A DNA stretch of 64,000 bases from IMG/VR virus record IMGVR_UViG_3300030117_007745, positions 48,655 to 112,654 of that record. One strand, 5' to 3'. Positions 19,687 through 30,384 of this stretch are shown here, in pieces. Numbering within the stretch: position 1 is the first letter of the stretch; the number at the start of each line of letters is the position of its first letter. The notes under the pieces were generated by a model, which was not told where the DNA came from, did no database searches, and saw nothing but the letters and a program-made list of their open reading frames with translations. A program made the position numbers and the translations under genes. The stretch is from a virus.

Positions 19687-20095
19687 CCCAACTAATTTCC
19701 CAATCTTTAAATTCTGCCGCTAAACAGTCAATTTTATAATCTTTTCGGCCGCCTACAATCTCTTGGATCTTATTCTTGGCAGTGTTTCTTATGCCATTTA
19801 ATCCATGTGTAAGCTCTAGATTGTTGCCGTCTTTAATGCCTTTTCTGTAATTTGACTCGTTGTGCCAAATATGCAAATTCATCTGTGATAATACCACAAT
19901 TGCGCGGATTGTTTCAGCATTTATTTGCCCTTTATTCTCGTCTAGACAGAGCTGGATATCATGCACAATGTCACTTATTTCTTGTGCATACTCTTCTCTA
20001 TGGTCCGAGATAAATACTTCTTTTAACTGTGCAATGGATAGTCTGTCTATAAGTTCAGAGAGGGTTGGTAAGTATTTTCTATTTTTCACAAGCAT
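19673..20095 (-). CDS. Hypothetical helical protein
   Basis: ELIDRLSI.QLK start; tightly packed in the operon. Confidence 0.6.
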   Translation of the reverse strand: MLVKNRKYLPTLSELIDRLSIAQLKEVFISDHREEYAQEISDIVHDIQLCLDENKGQINAETIRAIVVLSQMNLHIWHNESNYRKGIKDGNNLELTHGLNGIRNTAKNKIQEIVGGRKDYKIDCLAAEFKDWEISWDENS

Positions 20096-21075
20096 TCCTT
20101 TTTAATTTTTTCTACAAAATGTTCTGTTGAATAATTGTTTACTGCCTTATTAAAGGCATTTTCAACTATTTGTTCATAGTTTTTCCAATTAATTTTAACA
20201 TCTTCTAGAATAGAATGCAATTCTTTTTTGTCGTTATAATAAATAAATTCCTTATCAGGCTCGAAAAAATCCTCTTGAATATTCCACGGGTCCTTTTTCA
20301 CAACCATCAAGCATCTATTAACAGCAGTCTCTATTGGTCTAGATTTTATTTGTGGCATAATAAATTGATCTAAGTTTTCAAACGCTTCGTGTTTTTCCCA
20401 ATGATCATGCTGTCTTATATTGTTGTTTATTTTTTCATCTGTGTAAAGAAGATTGGACATAACGTTAACCTTAGTCTTTCTGAGTAGCTGCCACATCAAT
20501 GTTCTCTTTACATTAATTCCGGTTATGTAAGAAGCATATTGATCAATGGGAGGCAAAGAACTTTCCCTGCCCCACCATAAATTCCAAGTTTGAGGTCCAA
20601 CAGTTAAGAAGTTGTAATTATAATCTCTTATTGAATCAATTATGTCTTTGTGATCTAAACCATGCATTCCTCCCCAGTAGAGTGCATCAAACTGTTTATC
20701 TTCTTTTTTATCAACAACAAAGTCTTTATTAAATGGTGTAAATATGTATTTAAACCTATCATTTTCTTCTATAAAATTTGCCCACTTGGCAGTATAAGGA
20801 CAGAGTGTATAAACTGTATTAAAAACCTTATTTGAGTCCATCGACAGAGAAATTGAATTGGGGTCTGAAGTTTGGAGAAGGCATGGGTGCTCGTTATTTA
20901 AATAAACTCTATTTTTGTATTGAATTATGGTAGACATATGCCTTGCTAGATTGTCCATATAGGCCCAGCCCATAAACAATGCATTGTTGGAGTCCTCCTC
21001 TGAATGTTTTGATAAATTCCAATAATGGTTTAGTGCATCAGGATATGTTGAGCTGTAATCCTCATAAATTTTCAT
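20086..21075 (-). CDS. Putative glycosyltransferase (GT-B C-terminal, CgeB-like)
   Basis: KSRPIE...FFEPDKEFIYY...IVENAF pattern. Confidence 0.55.
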   Translation of the reverse strand: MKIYEDYSSTYPDALNHYWNLSKHSEEDSNNALFMGWAYMDNLARHMSTIIQYKNRVYLNNEHPCLLQTSDPNSISLSMDSNKVFNTVYTLCPYTAKWANFIEENDRFKYIFTPFNKDFVVDKKEDKQFDALYWGGMHGLDHKDIIDSIRDYNYNFLTVGPQTWNLWWGRESSLPPIDQYASYITGINVKRTLMWQLLRKTKVNVMSNLLYTDEKINNNIRQHDHWEKHEAFENLDQFIMPQIKSRPIETAVNRCLMVVKKDPWNIQEDFFEPDKEFIYYNDKKELHSILEDVKINWKNYEQIVENAFNKAVNNYSTEHFVEKIKKECL

Positions 21076-22075
21076 TTTTAATTTGTTCCTTAATCCATTT
21101 AAAAGTTTTTTCCATTCCAACCCTTAGTGGCTGTTCATAATCCCAGCCAAGCTTTTCTCTAATCAAATTATTATCAGAGTTTCGACCCATCACACCTATT
21201 GGGCATGGAAAGCCGTACTTGTTTTGAAATTCTTGCCCTTGTATGTTATGTATTTTAACAGACTTGCCAGAGATGTCAATAGCCATTTGTGCAAAATCAT
21301 TAATAGCAATCATCTCCTCGGAACCAATGTTAACAGGACCTTGGAAGCTCTCATTATCCATAAATCTTCTAGTTGCTTCAATGCATTCATCAATATACAA
21401 AAAAGATCTGGTTTGCTTGCCATCGCCCCAAACCTCAATCTCACCACCGTCTTCAGCTAGTGCAGCTTTTCTACAAAAGGCTGCTGGTGCTTTTTCTCGG
21501 CCGCCATCCCATGTTCCCTCTGGTCCAAAGATATTGTGATACCTAGCCACTCTTACGTTTAAGCGATAATTTCTAGCAAATGCAAACCAAAGTCTTTCAC
21601 TAAATAATTTTTCCCAACCATATTCACTATCTGGCGCGGCTGGATATGCAGAGTCCTCAGTGCATGTTGGATTATCAGGATCTAACTGATTGTGCTCTGG
21701 GTACATACAGGCAGAAGATGAATAGAATATCTTACTTATCCCCTTTTTAACACATTGTTCAGCAATATTCAAATTAATCATTGCTGAATTGTGCATAATA
21801 TCAGCATCATTTTCTCCTGTAAAAACAAAACCAGCGCCGCCCATATCTGCTGCAAATTGGTATATTTCATCAATATCCATTGATACAACTTTATTACACA
21901 CTTCAGGATCCCTAAGATCACCAACTATGAATTCATCAGCGATGTCATAGCAATTAAAATATTCATGCTCTTTAATATCTACACCTCGAACCCAGTGGCC
22001 TTCACTTTTTAATCTTTTTACCATGGCACCTCCGATAAAACCTCCAGCGCCACAAACTAATATTCTTTTCATCAT
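21062..22075 (-). CDS. GDP-mannose 3,5-epimerase-like NAD-dependent epimerase
   Basis: GAGGFIG, AADMGG, SSACMYP, YGWEK, GGREKAPAAFCRK, GRNSDN. Confidence 0.85.
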   Translation of the reverse strand: MMKRILVCGAGGFIGGAMVKRLKSEGHWVRGVDIKEHEYFNCYDIADEFIVGDLRDPEVCNKVVSMDIDEIYQFAADMGGAGFVFTGENDADIMHNSAMINLNIAEQCVKKGISKIFYSSSACMYPEHNQLDPDNPTCTEDSAYPAAPDSEYGWEKLFSERLWFAFARNYRLNVRVARYHNIFGPEGTWDGGREKAPAAFCRKAALAEDGGEIEVWGDGKQTRSFLYIDECIEATRRFMDNESFQGPVNIGSEEMIAINDFAQMAIDISGKSVKIHNIQGQEFQNKYGFPCPIGVMGRNSDNNLIREKLGWDYEQPLRVGMEKTFKWIKEQIKNENL

Positions 22076-23298
22076 TTCTCCTTAACTCCCCATAAATCTA
22101 TAAGCTCAACATTGTCATAATTTAATTTTGAAAAATCTTTATCCGGATGCATAATAACCACAACATCACTTTTATCAATGCAATCTTGTGCCGTCACGCA
22201 CTCGACTGTGTTGAGACTTAAATTTGTATGAGTTTCCTTTAATTTATCATAAGTATTAACAATTTTTTTCTCTTTCAACAAAGAATTAATAAGTGTCTTT
22301 GAGGGAGACCCAACGGTTACTGGGGATGTTGGCTTAAAAGATACTCCCAGAACACCAACCTTTTTAAAACTCTTGCATTTATCAAAAATAAGCTGCTGAA
22401 GTTCTTCATTAACTTCCTCTGCAAACATTAAATTTTTTGCTTTCAAGCCTCTGTCCTTGGCAAACTTAATAAACGCCAGAGCATCCCTAGGAAAGCATGT
22501 GCCCCCATAGGGTGTCCCACTTCTAAAAAAATGAGGAGATATGCGCCTATCTAAGCCAATTACACTAGAGACGTTATGAACACTAACATTGTCCATTTCA
22601 TCGCACATCATGCCTAAAAAATTAGCAAAAGTAATTTTATTTACAATAAAAGCATTTAAGCTAACTTTGGCAACTTCAGTCTCCTCTAGGGTCAATTTAA
22701 ACTCTTGACATCCGTTTTTGTGAACTCCTTTAAATATTTTATGAGTTGTATTGTAATCCTTCTCTTTGTTTGCTCCTATGGCAAAAAATTCAGGGTTTTC
22801 AAAATCATGTATAACGCTTCCTAGTTTTACAAAATCTGGCACGTATGAAAATCCAAATCCTGTTCCATATTTCCTGCCTGATATTTTTTCAAACAGTGGT
22901 ATCAGTTCGTCAACAATTGTTCCGGGAAGAACAGTTGAAGAGAGTATAATTGTAAAATATTTTTTATCAGACTTCTTAAGATTAATAGCCAGATCAGTGA
23001 TGGCTGATTCAACAAACTCTGCTGAGTATCCGTTGTCTCCTAGCTGCGTATTGACCAAAATAACTGCTGCATCGGTTTCTATAATGGCCCTCTTATACGA
23101 GTCAGTATAATCAATAATGTTGTTAGAAACCGTAAGTAATAATTCTTTTAGGCCGGCCTCATAAAAAGGGAGGGTGCCCTCACTTAATTGGTTTAAAACA
23201 TATTCATTTTTATCAATACAAAGGACTTTATTATTTTTTGCTAATAGTCCAGCTAAAGGCAGTCCTAATTTCCCTAGGCCTATAAAAGATATGTTCAT
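22072..23298 (-). CDS. ugd: UDP-glucose/GDP-mannose 6-dehydrogenase family
   Basis: GLGKLG, STVLPGT, YGGTCFPRD, LGVSFKP. Confidence 0.8.
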   Translation of the reverse strand: MNISFIGLGKLGLPLAGLLAKNNKVLCIDKNEYVLNQLSEGTLPFYEAGLKELLLTVSNNIIDYTDSYKRAIIETDAAVILVNTQLGDNGYSAEFVESAITDLAINLKKSDKKYFTIILSSTVLPGTIVDELIPLFEKISGRKYGTGFGFSYVPDFVKLGSVIHDFENPEFFAIGANKEKDYNTTHKIFKGVHKNGCQEFKLTLEETEVAKVSLNAFIVNKITFANFLGMMCDEMDNVSVHNVSSVIGLDRRISPHFFRSGTPYGGTCFPRDALAFIKFAKDRGLKAKNLMFAEEVNEELQQLIFDKCKSFKKVGVLGVSFKPTSPVTVGSPSKTLINSLLKEKKIVNTYDKLKETHTNLSLNTVECVTAQDCIDKSDVVVIMHPDKDFSKLNYDNVELIDLWGVKEK

Positions 23299-24347
23299 TT
23301 CGTGCTCTCCAATACTTCAATAATTCTTTTTGTAGTTTCTAACGATCCAACAGTTATTCTAATACAATTGTTTAAATTTTTAAAAGAACTTCTGTCTCTA
23401 ATTGAAATTTTATTCTCGATCATTTTTTTTATTACTCTTTCTGAGCTATTTGTTTTAACTAAAACAAAATTTGAATGGCTTTTTGCACAAGAAAGGTGTT
23501 CTGATTTATCAATGTAATCCTCTAAAAGTTTTCTTGATTGCTTTGTTTCTGCCACACATTTGTTTAAATAATTTAAATCTTTCAAACAAGCGATAGCTGC
23601 CACTTGGGCAATAGAATTTATGCTTTTAACATTTTTAATTTTATTCAAAAATGATATTTTTTCTTTTGGACCCAGTGCATATCCAATCCTAAGTGAAGCT
23701 AAACCAAAAGCCTTAGAAAATGTTCTGGTGATTATTATATTATCATATTTTAAAACCAAATCAGAACAAGAGACTTGAGAAAACTCATAATAAGCCTCGT
23801 CAATAATAAAAATAGTATTGGGATTACTAGAAATAATTTGTTCAATTACATCTTTTTCAATGATATGACCTGTCGGATTGTTTGGGTTGGCCAGATATGC
23901 TATATCATAGTTTTTTAAAACTTCAAAATCGTATTCATGGTCTCCAAGAGGATCTTTTATAGGATGTTTTTGATGAATATTTGTAGACATTGCAATAAAT
24001 GTGTCTACCTGAGTATACGATGGGCAATAAGTTACAATTTTTGTTTGTTGATCAGCAAAAGAAAGAAAAATATCTTTTAGGGCATCATCTGATCCATTAT
24101 AAACTGTTATGTTCTCTGTTTGTAAGCCCGTGTAATCACTCAATAGCTCCAAAAGCTCTTTGTTGTTCGTACAAGGATATTTTTCAATGTTTCCATTCAG
24201 TAAAAAGTCTTCAATACTCGATATTACTAGTGGTGACGGAGAGAACTGAGACTCATTCCAGTCGCAATAAGACCAATTTTTAGAATCAAAATCTCGATTA
24301 CTAGGAATATATGGATCTAATTTAGATATTCTATCAACTACATTCAT
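23295..24347 (-). CDS. HisC-like class I/II PLP aminotransferase
   Basis: NPNNPTG, DEAYYEF, RTFSKAFGLASLRIGY. Confidence 0.85.
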   Translation of the reverse strand: MNVVDRISKLDPYIPSNRDFDSKNWSYCDWNESQFSPSPLVISSIEDFLLNGNIEKYPCTNNKELLELLSDYTGLQTENITVYNGSDDALKDIFLSFADQQTKIVTYCPSYTQVDTFIAMSTNIHQKHPIKDPLGDHEYDFEVLKNYDIAYLANPNNPTGHIIEKDVIEQIISSNPNTIFIIDEAYYEFSQVSCSDLVLKYDNIIITRTFSKAFGLASLRIGYALGPKEKISFLNKIKNVKSINSIAQVAAIACLKDLNYLNKCVAETKQSRKLLEDYIDKSEHLSCAKSHSNFVLVKTNSSERVIKKMIENKISIRDRSSFKNLNNCIRITVGSLETTKRIIEVLESTK

Positions 24348-25677
24348 TGAATATACACCTTATCTTGCCTGTTGTTCTGTTCCTTTCAATAGAGTCTTTT
24401 ATTAAGATATTGACTTTTATGTTTCCTAGGCGTTGTTGAAGGCCAGTCCTAATCTGGTCGATGGTTTTATCAGAGAAAAGTTCATTTGGTACCAAATAAA
24501 AATCTATAGTTTTTCGATCAATCTGTCTGATTTGGAACATTTTAACACCATCTATCTTATACATCATTGTATAAAAATTGACCCCGGGTAGGCGGCAGCC
24601 GTCTTCTGATATTAGTATATCGTCACATCTCCCATTAATATCCTTAACTCTAAATAAAGTATTTTTTTCTTTGGATAAAATAGCAGTGTCGTTTGTCTTA
24701 TATCTAATAAAGGGCATGTAATGATTTATAAATCCTGTTCCAACAATAATGTTTTGATCGTCTTCTTCAACGAATTCAGTTACCCCATATTCTAAATTTT
24801 CATAGTATAAACTACTATCTGATATTTGGTGGTGAAAGCATACTTTTTCTTGCATTCCGTAATGGCTTTTTGGTTCAATTCCAAAAACATCACTTATTTT
24901 TCTTTCCCACTCTGGTAGCATTTTTTCGGATGCAGTGTGAATCGCCTTTATGTGTTCTAGGCCTAGGGAGGCCTCTTCGCACAAGCATGCCAAAACATAT
25001 ATGCTAGAGGGATATCCAACTAAAGTGTGATATTTTTTTGAATTAATCTCATCAACATATTTTTTTGCGCTCTTCAAGTTAAGATGATAGGCAGACATAT
25101 ATAATCTTTTTAACTCATAATCATAGTACCACAATTTTTCTTTAGTTGATGGAACAAACCTTCTTAGCCACACACTAGGCTTATCATACATGGTTGCTCC
25201 ATGGTCCCTAAATGCTCTCAATACAAATGCAGCTTCTTTCTTATACACATCATCGGTACCTAAGAAGATTAATTTTTTACCAGTTGACCCGCTTGTTCTG
25301 AATTCAACTGGCTTTACATGTTTCATGTTTTGCGCGATTAGATCATCAAAATTATTTGTTATAATTTCTTTTGTCAAAAAAGGCAACAAGGATATGTCTT
25401 CTACAGATTTAAATGATTCAGGAGTTAATTGTCTATCAATCATAATTTTTCTATAATATGGAACATTTTTGTAAGCGTGTTCAATAAGGTTCCTGAATTT
25501 AATGTATTGATAATCTTGTAAATTCTGAATTGGTAGGTCCCTCAACTTGCTAATATTATTAAATGTTTCTTGAAAAACTTTTCCATATCTTCGCTCAAAA
25601 GGAACAAGATTGTAATATAACTTCTTGATAAAAAAGGGGCTTTTTTTTATTATCTTATTAACACTACCCATCTTCAA
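24334..25677 (-). CDS. CapK/phenylacetate-CoA ligase-like adenylate-forming enzyme
   Basis: TSGSTG, GYPS, YGMQE, MPFIRYKTND, GRCDD, TGK. Confidence 0.8.
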   Translation of the reverse strand: MKMGSVNKIIKKSPFFIKKLYYNLVPFERRYGKVFQETFNNISKLRDLPIQNLQDYQYIKFRNLIEHAYKNVPYYRKIMIDRQLTPESFKSVEDISLLPFLTKEIITNNFDDLIAQNMKHVKPVEFRTSGSTGKKLIFLGTDDVYKKEAAFVLRAFRDHGATMYDKPSVWLRRFVPSTKEKLWYYDYELKRLYMSAYHLNLKSAKKYVDEINSKKYHTLVGYPSSIYVLACLCEEASLGLEHIKAIHTASEKMLPEWERKISDVFGIEPKSHYGMQEKVCFHHQISDSSLYYENLEYGVTEFVEEDDQNIIVGTGFINHYMPFIRYKTNDTAILSKEKNTLFRVKDINGRCDDILISEDGCRLPGVNFYTMMYKIDGVKMFQIRQIDRKTIDFYLVPNELFSDKTIDQIRTGLQQRLGNIKVNILIKDSIERNRTTGKIRCIFNECS

Positions 25678-25990
25678 AAAAGTCCTTATCGCTTACACCT
25701 TTGTCATCGATGTAATAATCTGCAACAAGTTTTACGCCCACTCTTAATTGATGAAATTTTAATCCCCATGAAATCAATTGATTGTGAGTTTCCATATACC
25801 AATTGTTTTTAGAACTGGATCCCCTAGCAGTTTCAATGTAAATTGTATTACCTTTTTCAAACAAATCATTTACTTTTGCTATTCTATCCCTGTAAGGTTC
25901 TGCACCAAAGTAATCCCAGTCTCCATTTTCTTTCTTTAAGGTGTTGCAGAGAGTATGGTCTAGATCAAATACGTATGTTTTATTCTTCAT
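25664..25990 (-). CDS. HAD-superfamily phosphatase
   Basis: FDLDHTL, TARG, YIDDK. Confidence 0.75.
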   Translation of the reverse strand: MKNKTYVFDLDHTLCNTLKKENGDWDYFGAEPYRDRIAKVNDLFEKGNTIYIETARGSSSKNNWYMETHNQLISWGLKFHQLRVGVKLVADYYIDDKGVSDKDFFEDG

Positions 25991-25993
25991 GTA

Positions 25994-26893
25994 TCACTCA
26001 ATAATAGTCCAGTTTGAAGGAAATGTGCCATTAGATATTCTAGCATCACTTTTTTCTTTTGGCATCTCAAAATAATAATGTTCTGGTGCGGTTACGATTC
26101 TGCCCTTGTTATCATTCATATAAGAGGCCCACCAACCAAAGCTAGTTTGATGACAAGAAATATTGTGGTCACAAGACATTATCAAAGAAAAATCTTGCAT
26201 TGGATCATTTGAATCAGAGATTATAAATCTGTCATCGTTAAATACTTTTTTTATATATTGAATATCACTAGAGTCATCTGCACTTCTATTTCCACCCGAA
26301 AATACTAAGTACTTAACTTTCTTGTTCTCGAACAAAGACATGGCCTTATTTAAATAATTGCCATATATTGTATTGTCATCAAAGATATTTTCTGGTCCAT
26401 AAACTTGGTCTGGGTGTATTCCTGTGGCCGGATACATGACAGTCATCATATCTCCTCTCCTAATATGTATGCTAACTATTTCGTGACCATCTTGTTTATA
26501 TAAGTCTAGTTTTTTCTTAGCGTCTAATAAGAACTCTTCTTTTGGTTTAAGCTCTTGCCTTATCAATTCCTCGCAGTGATCAAAATATTTAGTAAATTGA
26601 AAAAAACCATGAATATTAGAATTGCTAGGAATGTTGAAAAAATCTTGATAAAACATGTTTGGATCTGGTTCGATCACATTTCTTTCTATGGATTTAATTT
26701 CTTGTTCATCATAAAAATCTGCTTTAATATTAAAATTACTTAGCAAGCATTTTTGTCCATGCCATAGAAAGTTTTCAAAGTCTGGTATTTTGCATTTTAT
26801 ACCAGTTTTTTCGCTTATTCCTCGGAGCGCTGCATACTGATAAAGCTGGTTGCCTAATCGTCCATGCTTTCCAAGTTGAACAAAAGTGATCAT
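25994..26893 (-). CDS. GT11 alpha-1,2-fucosyltransferase-like glycosyltransferase
   Basis: GRLGNQLYQYA, HIRRGD, TSFGWWASY. Confidence 0.85.
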   Translation of the reverse strand: MITFVQLGKHGRLGNQLYQYAALRGISEKTGIKCKIPDFENFLWHGQKCLLSNFNIKADFYDEQEIKSIERNVIEPDPNMFYQDFFNIPSNSNIHGFFQFTKYFDHCEELIRQELKPKEEFLLDAKKKLDLYKQDGHEIVSIHIRRGDMMTVMYPATGIHPDQVYGPENIFDDNTIYGNYLNKAMSLFENKKVKYLVFSGGNRSADDSSDIQYIKKVFNDDRFIISDSNDPMQDFSLIMSCDHNISCHQTSFGWWASYMNDNKGRIVTAPEHYYFEMPKEKSDARISNGTFPSNWTIIE

Positions 26894-27618
26894 TTTTTCC
26901 TCAATACTTGAATAGGTTGATAAGGGGTGCCATTTACGCCATTAACATCATTGGTGTAGGATTGTTCGAAGAAGCCAAATTTGTCAACCACTTCCCACCC
27001 TGTCAGGATTTTTGGCATTCTGTTTTCTCCATAAACTCTGTGTACATTAAAGACAGTCTTATCTAGGCCAACAGGGACGGCAAAGTATACAAAGGCGTCA
27101 TCTTTTATGAAGTTTTTAAGGCTTTTCATTGCTTTTAAATCTCCGTCAGGATCAAGAGGGTCGCCATACCTTCCCAAGCCATCATGTTCAACAGAAGAGA
27201 TAGAAAAACAAGCATCAAAATTGCCCTCAGTAATCTCATGTGGCTGTAAATATGTGATCTTTTCGTGGAAAGATTCGCGCTTAGAATATTCAATGACAGT
27301 GCATGATTTAGCTCCAAAAGAAACGGCGATGGCCTCATACCATGGATTGGCAGAGCCAATAATGCAAATATCTTTTCCCTCAATAGGATACTTTGTTAAG
27401 GCCTCATAGAGCCAGCCGTCTGTTGGGCCGTAATAAAAATTCTCTCTTTTTGATGCCTTTTGCAGATATTCTTCAAATATTTCTGACTTAAAATTGTCGT
27501 TGAAAAGCTTTTGTATTTCATCAGAACAGTCATTCGCATATTTGTATTCTAAAGCTGCTTCTCCATCCATTGTATAACCATCAAAAAGTTTTGATGGAAT
27601 TCTTTCTGGGGCCTTCAT
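26890..27618 (-). CDS. DUF268-like SAM-dependent methyltransferase
   Basis: IIGSANPWYE, SISSVEHDGLGRYGDPLDPDGD, FNVHRVYG. Confidence 0.75.
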   Translation of the reverse strand: MKAPERIPSKLFDGYTMDGEAALEYKYANDCSDEIQKLFNDNFKSEIFEEYLQKASKRENFYYGPTDGWLYEALTKYPIEGKDICIIGSANPWYEAIAVSFGAKSCTVIEYSKRESFHEKITYLQPHEITEGNFDACFSISSVEHDGLGRYGDPLDPDGDLKAMKSLKNFIKDDAFVYFAVPVGLDKTVFNVHRVYGENRMPKILTGWEVVDKFGFFEQSYTNDVNGVNGTPYQPIQVLRKK

Positions 27619-28239
27619 TTATCTCACCTCGATGTTTTTAAATAATTCAAATTCTGTTAAGTCTCTATAGGGCGGAGACTCTGGAATATCTGGTACATTT
27701 TCAGGGTAATTTTGCATTAACATTAACCCCCTAACTGCTTGCTCGGGTGTCATGTACATGTTCCACCCCTCTTCATCAATCATATCTTCATGATATCTCA
27801 TGCCATCGGTTCGGCCTTCATATCGCCTTGCCTTAAGCCATTTTACTGCTTCTAGATCATCGCAAAGTATCATACCACCTTTACCAATTTTAAGATGTTT
27901 TTTAATATGAAACGATAAGCACATCATTGTTCCGGGAATGTACATATTTGATGTAAGTCGCTTTGCTGCGTCATATATTGGAAATGGTTTGAATTGATAT
28001 ATGCCTTCCCATTCTATATCTTCAAAAATTAATTTTCCGCCGGCCTGTATAACAGACTGCGGTGGGGAAAGGTAAGTCCTCTTTGGGAGTATGACCTCTT
28101 TTCCTTCTATTTTATGCCATTTGCATGCAAGAAATAAAGCATTTGTGCAGCTATTGACCGATACAGCGTATGGGGCTCCGGTGTAGTGGGCTATTTCTTC
28201 CTCAAACATTTGCACTACCTTATAAGGATTGTGAAGCAC
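27619..28239 (-). CDS. Short DegT/DnrJ-family aminotransferase
   Basis: VNSCTNAL, DAA, SFHIKKHL..GKGG. Confidence 0.75.
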   Translation of the reverse strand: MLHNPYKVVQMFEEEIAHYTGAPYAVSVNSCTNALFLACKWHKIEGKEVILPKRTYLSPPQSVIQAGGKLIFEDIEWEGIYQFKPFPIYDAAKRLTSNMYIPGTMMCLSFHIKKHLKIGKGGMILCDDLEAVKWLKARRYEGRTDGMRYHEDMIDEEGWNMYMTPEQAVRGLMLMQNYPENVPDIPESPPYRDLTEFELFKNIEVR

Positions 28240-28622
28240 TATTCTTTCTCCATTATATAATATTTCTTTTTAAATCCGCAAGATTCAAATAATCTCATAC
28301 TTGCATTATTTTCTAATTTAACTTTAGCATATGCACTAGGGTGCATGTCCATCAATTTCTTGATCATAAATTTTCCAACTCCACGGCCTTGAAAATCCGG
28401 ATGTGTTGCTACTCTGATATCTTCATCGATAACTCCCACGTATCCTGCTGGTTGGTCATCTATTAGGCAAACATAGAAGAATAGGCCGTATCTAAGCATA
28501 TACTTTTCGTGACAATCTTTTCTAATTGCTTCTTGTTGAATAAACCCTCTTTTAACATCTGGGTGATTGCGAAGATTTCTAATGAATTCCCAATATTTTG
28601 GCTTGTTTTGTACTAATTCCAT
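28239..28622 (-). CDS. GNAT N-acetyltransferase (PseH-like)
   Basis: HPDFQGRGVG, NNASMRLFESCGF. Confidence 0.8.
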   Translation of the reverse strand: MELVQNKPKYWEFIRNLRNHPDVKRGFIQQEAIRKDCHEKYMLRYGLFFYVCLIDDQPAGYVGVIDEDIRVATHPDFQGRGVGKFMIKKLMDMHPSAYAKVKLENNASMRLFESCGFKKKYYIMEKE

Positions 28623-29399
28623 TTACACACACGATTTGAATAGGTCAGGGTGAGGGAAGTTGTTATGATAAGCTCTCAAATAATCCCTCTCTATGCTTAA
28701 CCCAATATAAGGATGAAGAGTTGTTCCAATGTCGATGTACGTATTTTTATCACTGTGTTTAAACAACTCATATATAAGAACTTCACTTAAGCTGCTAGCA
28801 GACAACAAAAATACATGATCTTCTACATTATTATCGTCTATCCATTGCTTAATGTCAACAACTAAATGATGATCATTAACAATACAATTTTTTCCAACTT
28901 TAAAAGATTTTACAACATCAAACTCAGTATTGGATAAGTCAGCATTCTCACTACAAACAAAAACAACTTTTTTCTTCTTGAGTTCTGGTACGAAATGGCC
29001 AATGAATAAAGGATAGTTTGAATTTACCAAGAGATTAGCAGAAGTGAGATTATCGTCTACTTGGCCATATAATTCATGCATCCAAGGGGCAAATTCCATA
29101 GAGGCGCAGGTACAATCTTTGCAAATGCCGCCAACAAAATAGTTTTCTTTTTTGTATTTATAGGCTTCGATTAAAATATCTTTTAAGAAGCCATGCTGAT
29201 TTGGATCGTAGTGTTTATGGTCGTCTGAAGAATATCCAAAATTATAATGAGTCTCGCCCATTACAACATGATCATTCGCTAGCTTAAGCTCTTTGTCTTG
29301 CATAACACAGATTTCGCCATCAGAAAAACGAGTGTATGCAAAGTGTTCATTTCTTTTTAATTTACCGAGCAGATTGAAAAAATCTTCTTCAAACTTCAT
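28623..29399 (-). CDS. GT-D fold (DUF1792-like) glycosyltransferase
   Basis: RFSDGE and IDIG motifs. Confidence 0.6.
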   Translation of the reverse strand: MKFEEDFFNLLGKLKRNEHFAYTRFSDGEICVMQDKELKLANDHVVMGETHYNFGYSSDDHKHYDPNQHGFLKDILIEAYKYKKENYFVGGICKDCTCASMEFAPWMHELYGQVDDNLTSANLLVNSNYPLFIGHFVPELKKKKVVFVCSENADLSNTEFDVVKSFKVGKNCIVNDHHLVVDIKQWIDDNNVEDHVFLLSASSLSEVLIYELFKHSDKNTYIDIGTTLHPYIGLSIERDYLRAYHNNFPHPDLFKSCV

Positions 29400-30384
29400 C
29401 CTTCAGGACCTCATATACTTTTTCAGCAGCGTGTCCGTCGCCATATGGGCAGTCGCCTTCAGGTATATGATCTTCATTGAGTTGATTGAAAATACCTTCC
29501 AGAGACTTTGGCTCAAAACACATAAAAGCAAAAGTATTGACGCCTTCAACTCTCTCTGTCTTCTTTCGACAGACAATGCACTTCTTTTTTAGGAATGAAG
29601 TTTCTTCTTGTAATCCGCCAGAATCAGTTATAACGAGCCTTGTTTTCGCCAACAACTTTATAAATTCATTATACTCCATTGGCTCAACAATTTTAAGGTT
29701 TTTTAGCAAATGTTTATGCTTTTGAACATTCGGATTTGGGTGAAGAGGGATGATGAATTCTAGTTCTTTGTTACCTTCTGCTATCTTATTAATTGCCTTG
29801 AACCACTCATCCATATTGTGGTGGTTTTCTCTGCGGTGCATTGTTACAACAACTTTATTTGTATACTCTGTCTTGGTTCCCAACAGGTTATCTAACACAG
29901 TATTTCCGACAACTTCGATTCTTCCCTCTGTATTTTCATTCCTTAAAAATATTTCAGACAATTCAGTTGGGCACAAATGTACATCAGCTATTCTGGATAT
30001 AGCTTGGCGATTGAACTCTTCTGGATAGGGCTGATTTTTATCGTAAGTTCTCAGGCCTGCCTCTAGATGCATCACTTTTATTCTGCGATGAAAAGCAGCA
30101 AGGGCAATAGAGAAAGCAGAGGTCGTATCGCCCTGTACTAAAACAGAAGTTACGCCTTCAAAAATCTCTTCCAAATTCATAACGGAACTGACAATAGAGT
30201 CAAGTCGATTTGGCCCGTCTTTGATCTCTAGCTTAATCAAATCCTTGCCTTCTCCAACTTTTGATAGCAGGTCTGTGTGTTGGCCTGTAAACAAAAGCCG
30301 ATAAGGAATTTTGCCTTCCATTTGGTCTAGCAAAGGCTTAATCTTAATCCATTCTGGTCTTGTGCCAAAGCTTAATAAAATCAT
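29389..30384 (-). CDS. wecB: UDP-N-acetylglucosamine 2-epimerase (non-hydrolysing)
   Basis: GTRPE, TGQH, QGDT, HLEAGLR, PEEFNR, HRREN, TDSGGLQEE. Confidence 0.9.
   Translation of the reverse strand: MILLSFGTRPEWIKIKPLLDQMEGKIPYRLLFTGQHTDLLSKVGEGKDLIKLEIKDGPNRLDSIVSSVMNLEEIFEGVTSVLVQGDTTSAFSIALAAFHRRIKVMHLEAGLRTYDKNQPYPEEFNRQAISRIADVHLCPTELSEIFLRNENTEGRIEVVGNTVLDNLLGTKTEYTNKVVVTMHRRENHHNMDEWFKAINKIAEGNKELEFIIPLHPNPNVQKHKHLLKNLKIVEPMEYNEFIKLLAKTRLVITDSGGLQEETSFLKKKCIVCRKKTERVEGVNTFAFMCFEPKSLEGIFNQLNEDHIPEGDCPYGDGHAAEKVYEVLKDEV

Noticed and set aside
23295-24347. Histidine-biosynthesis hisC
   Set aside because: No other his genes; the glycan-cluster context suggests a different substrate.
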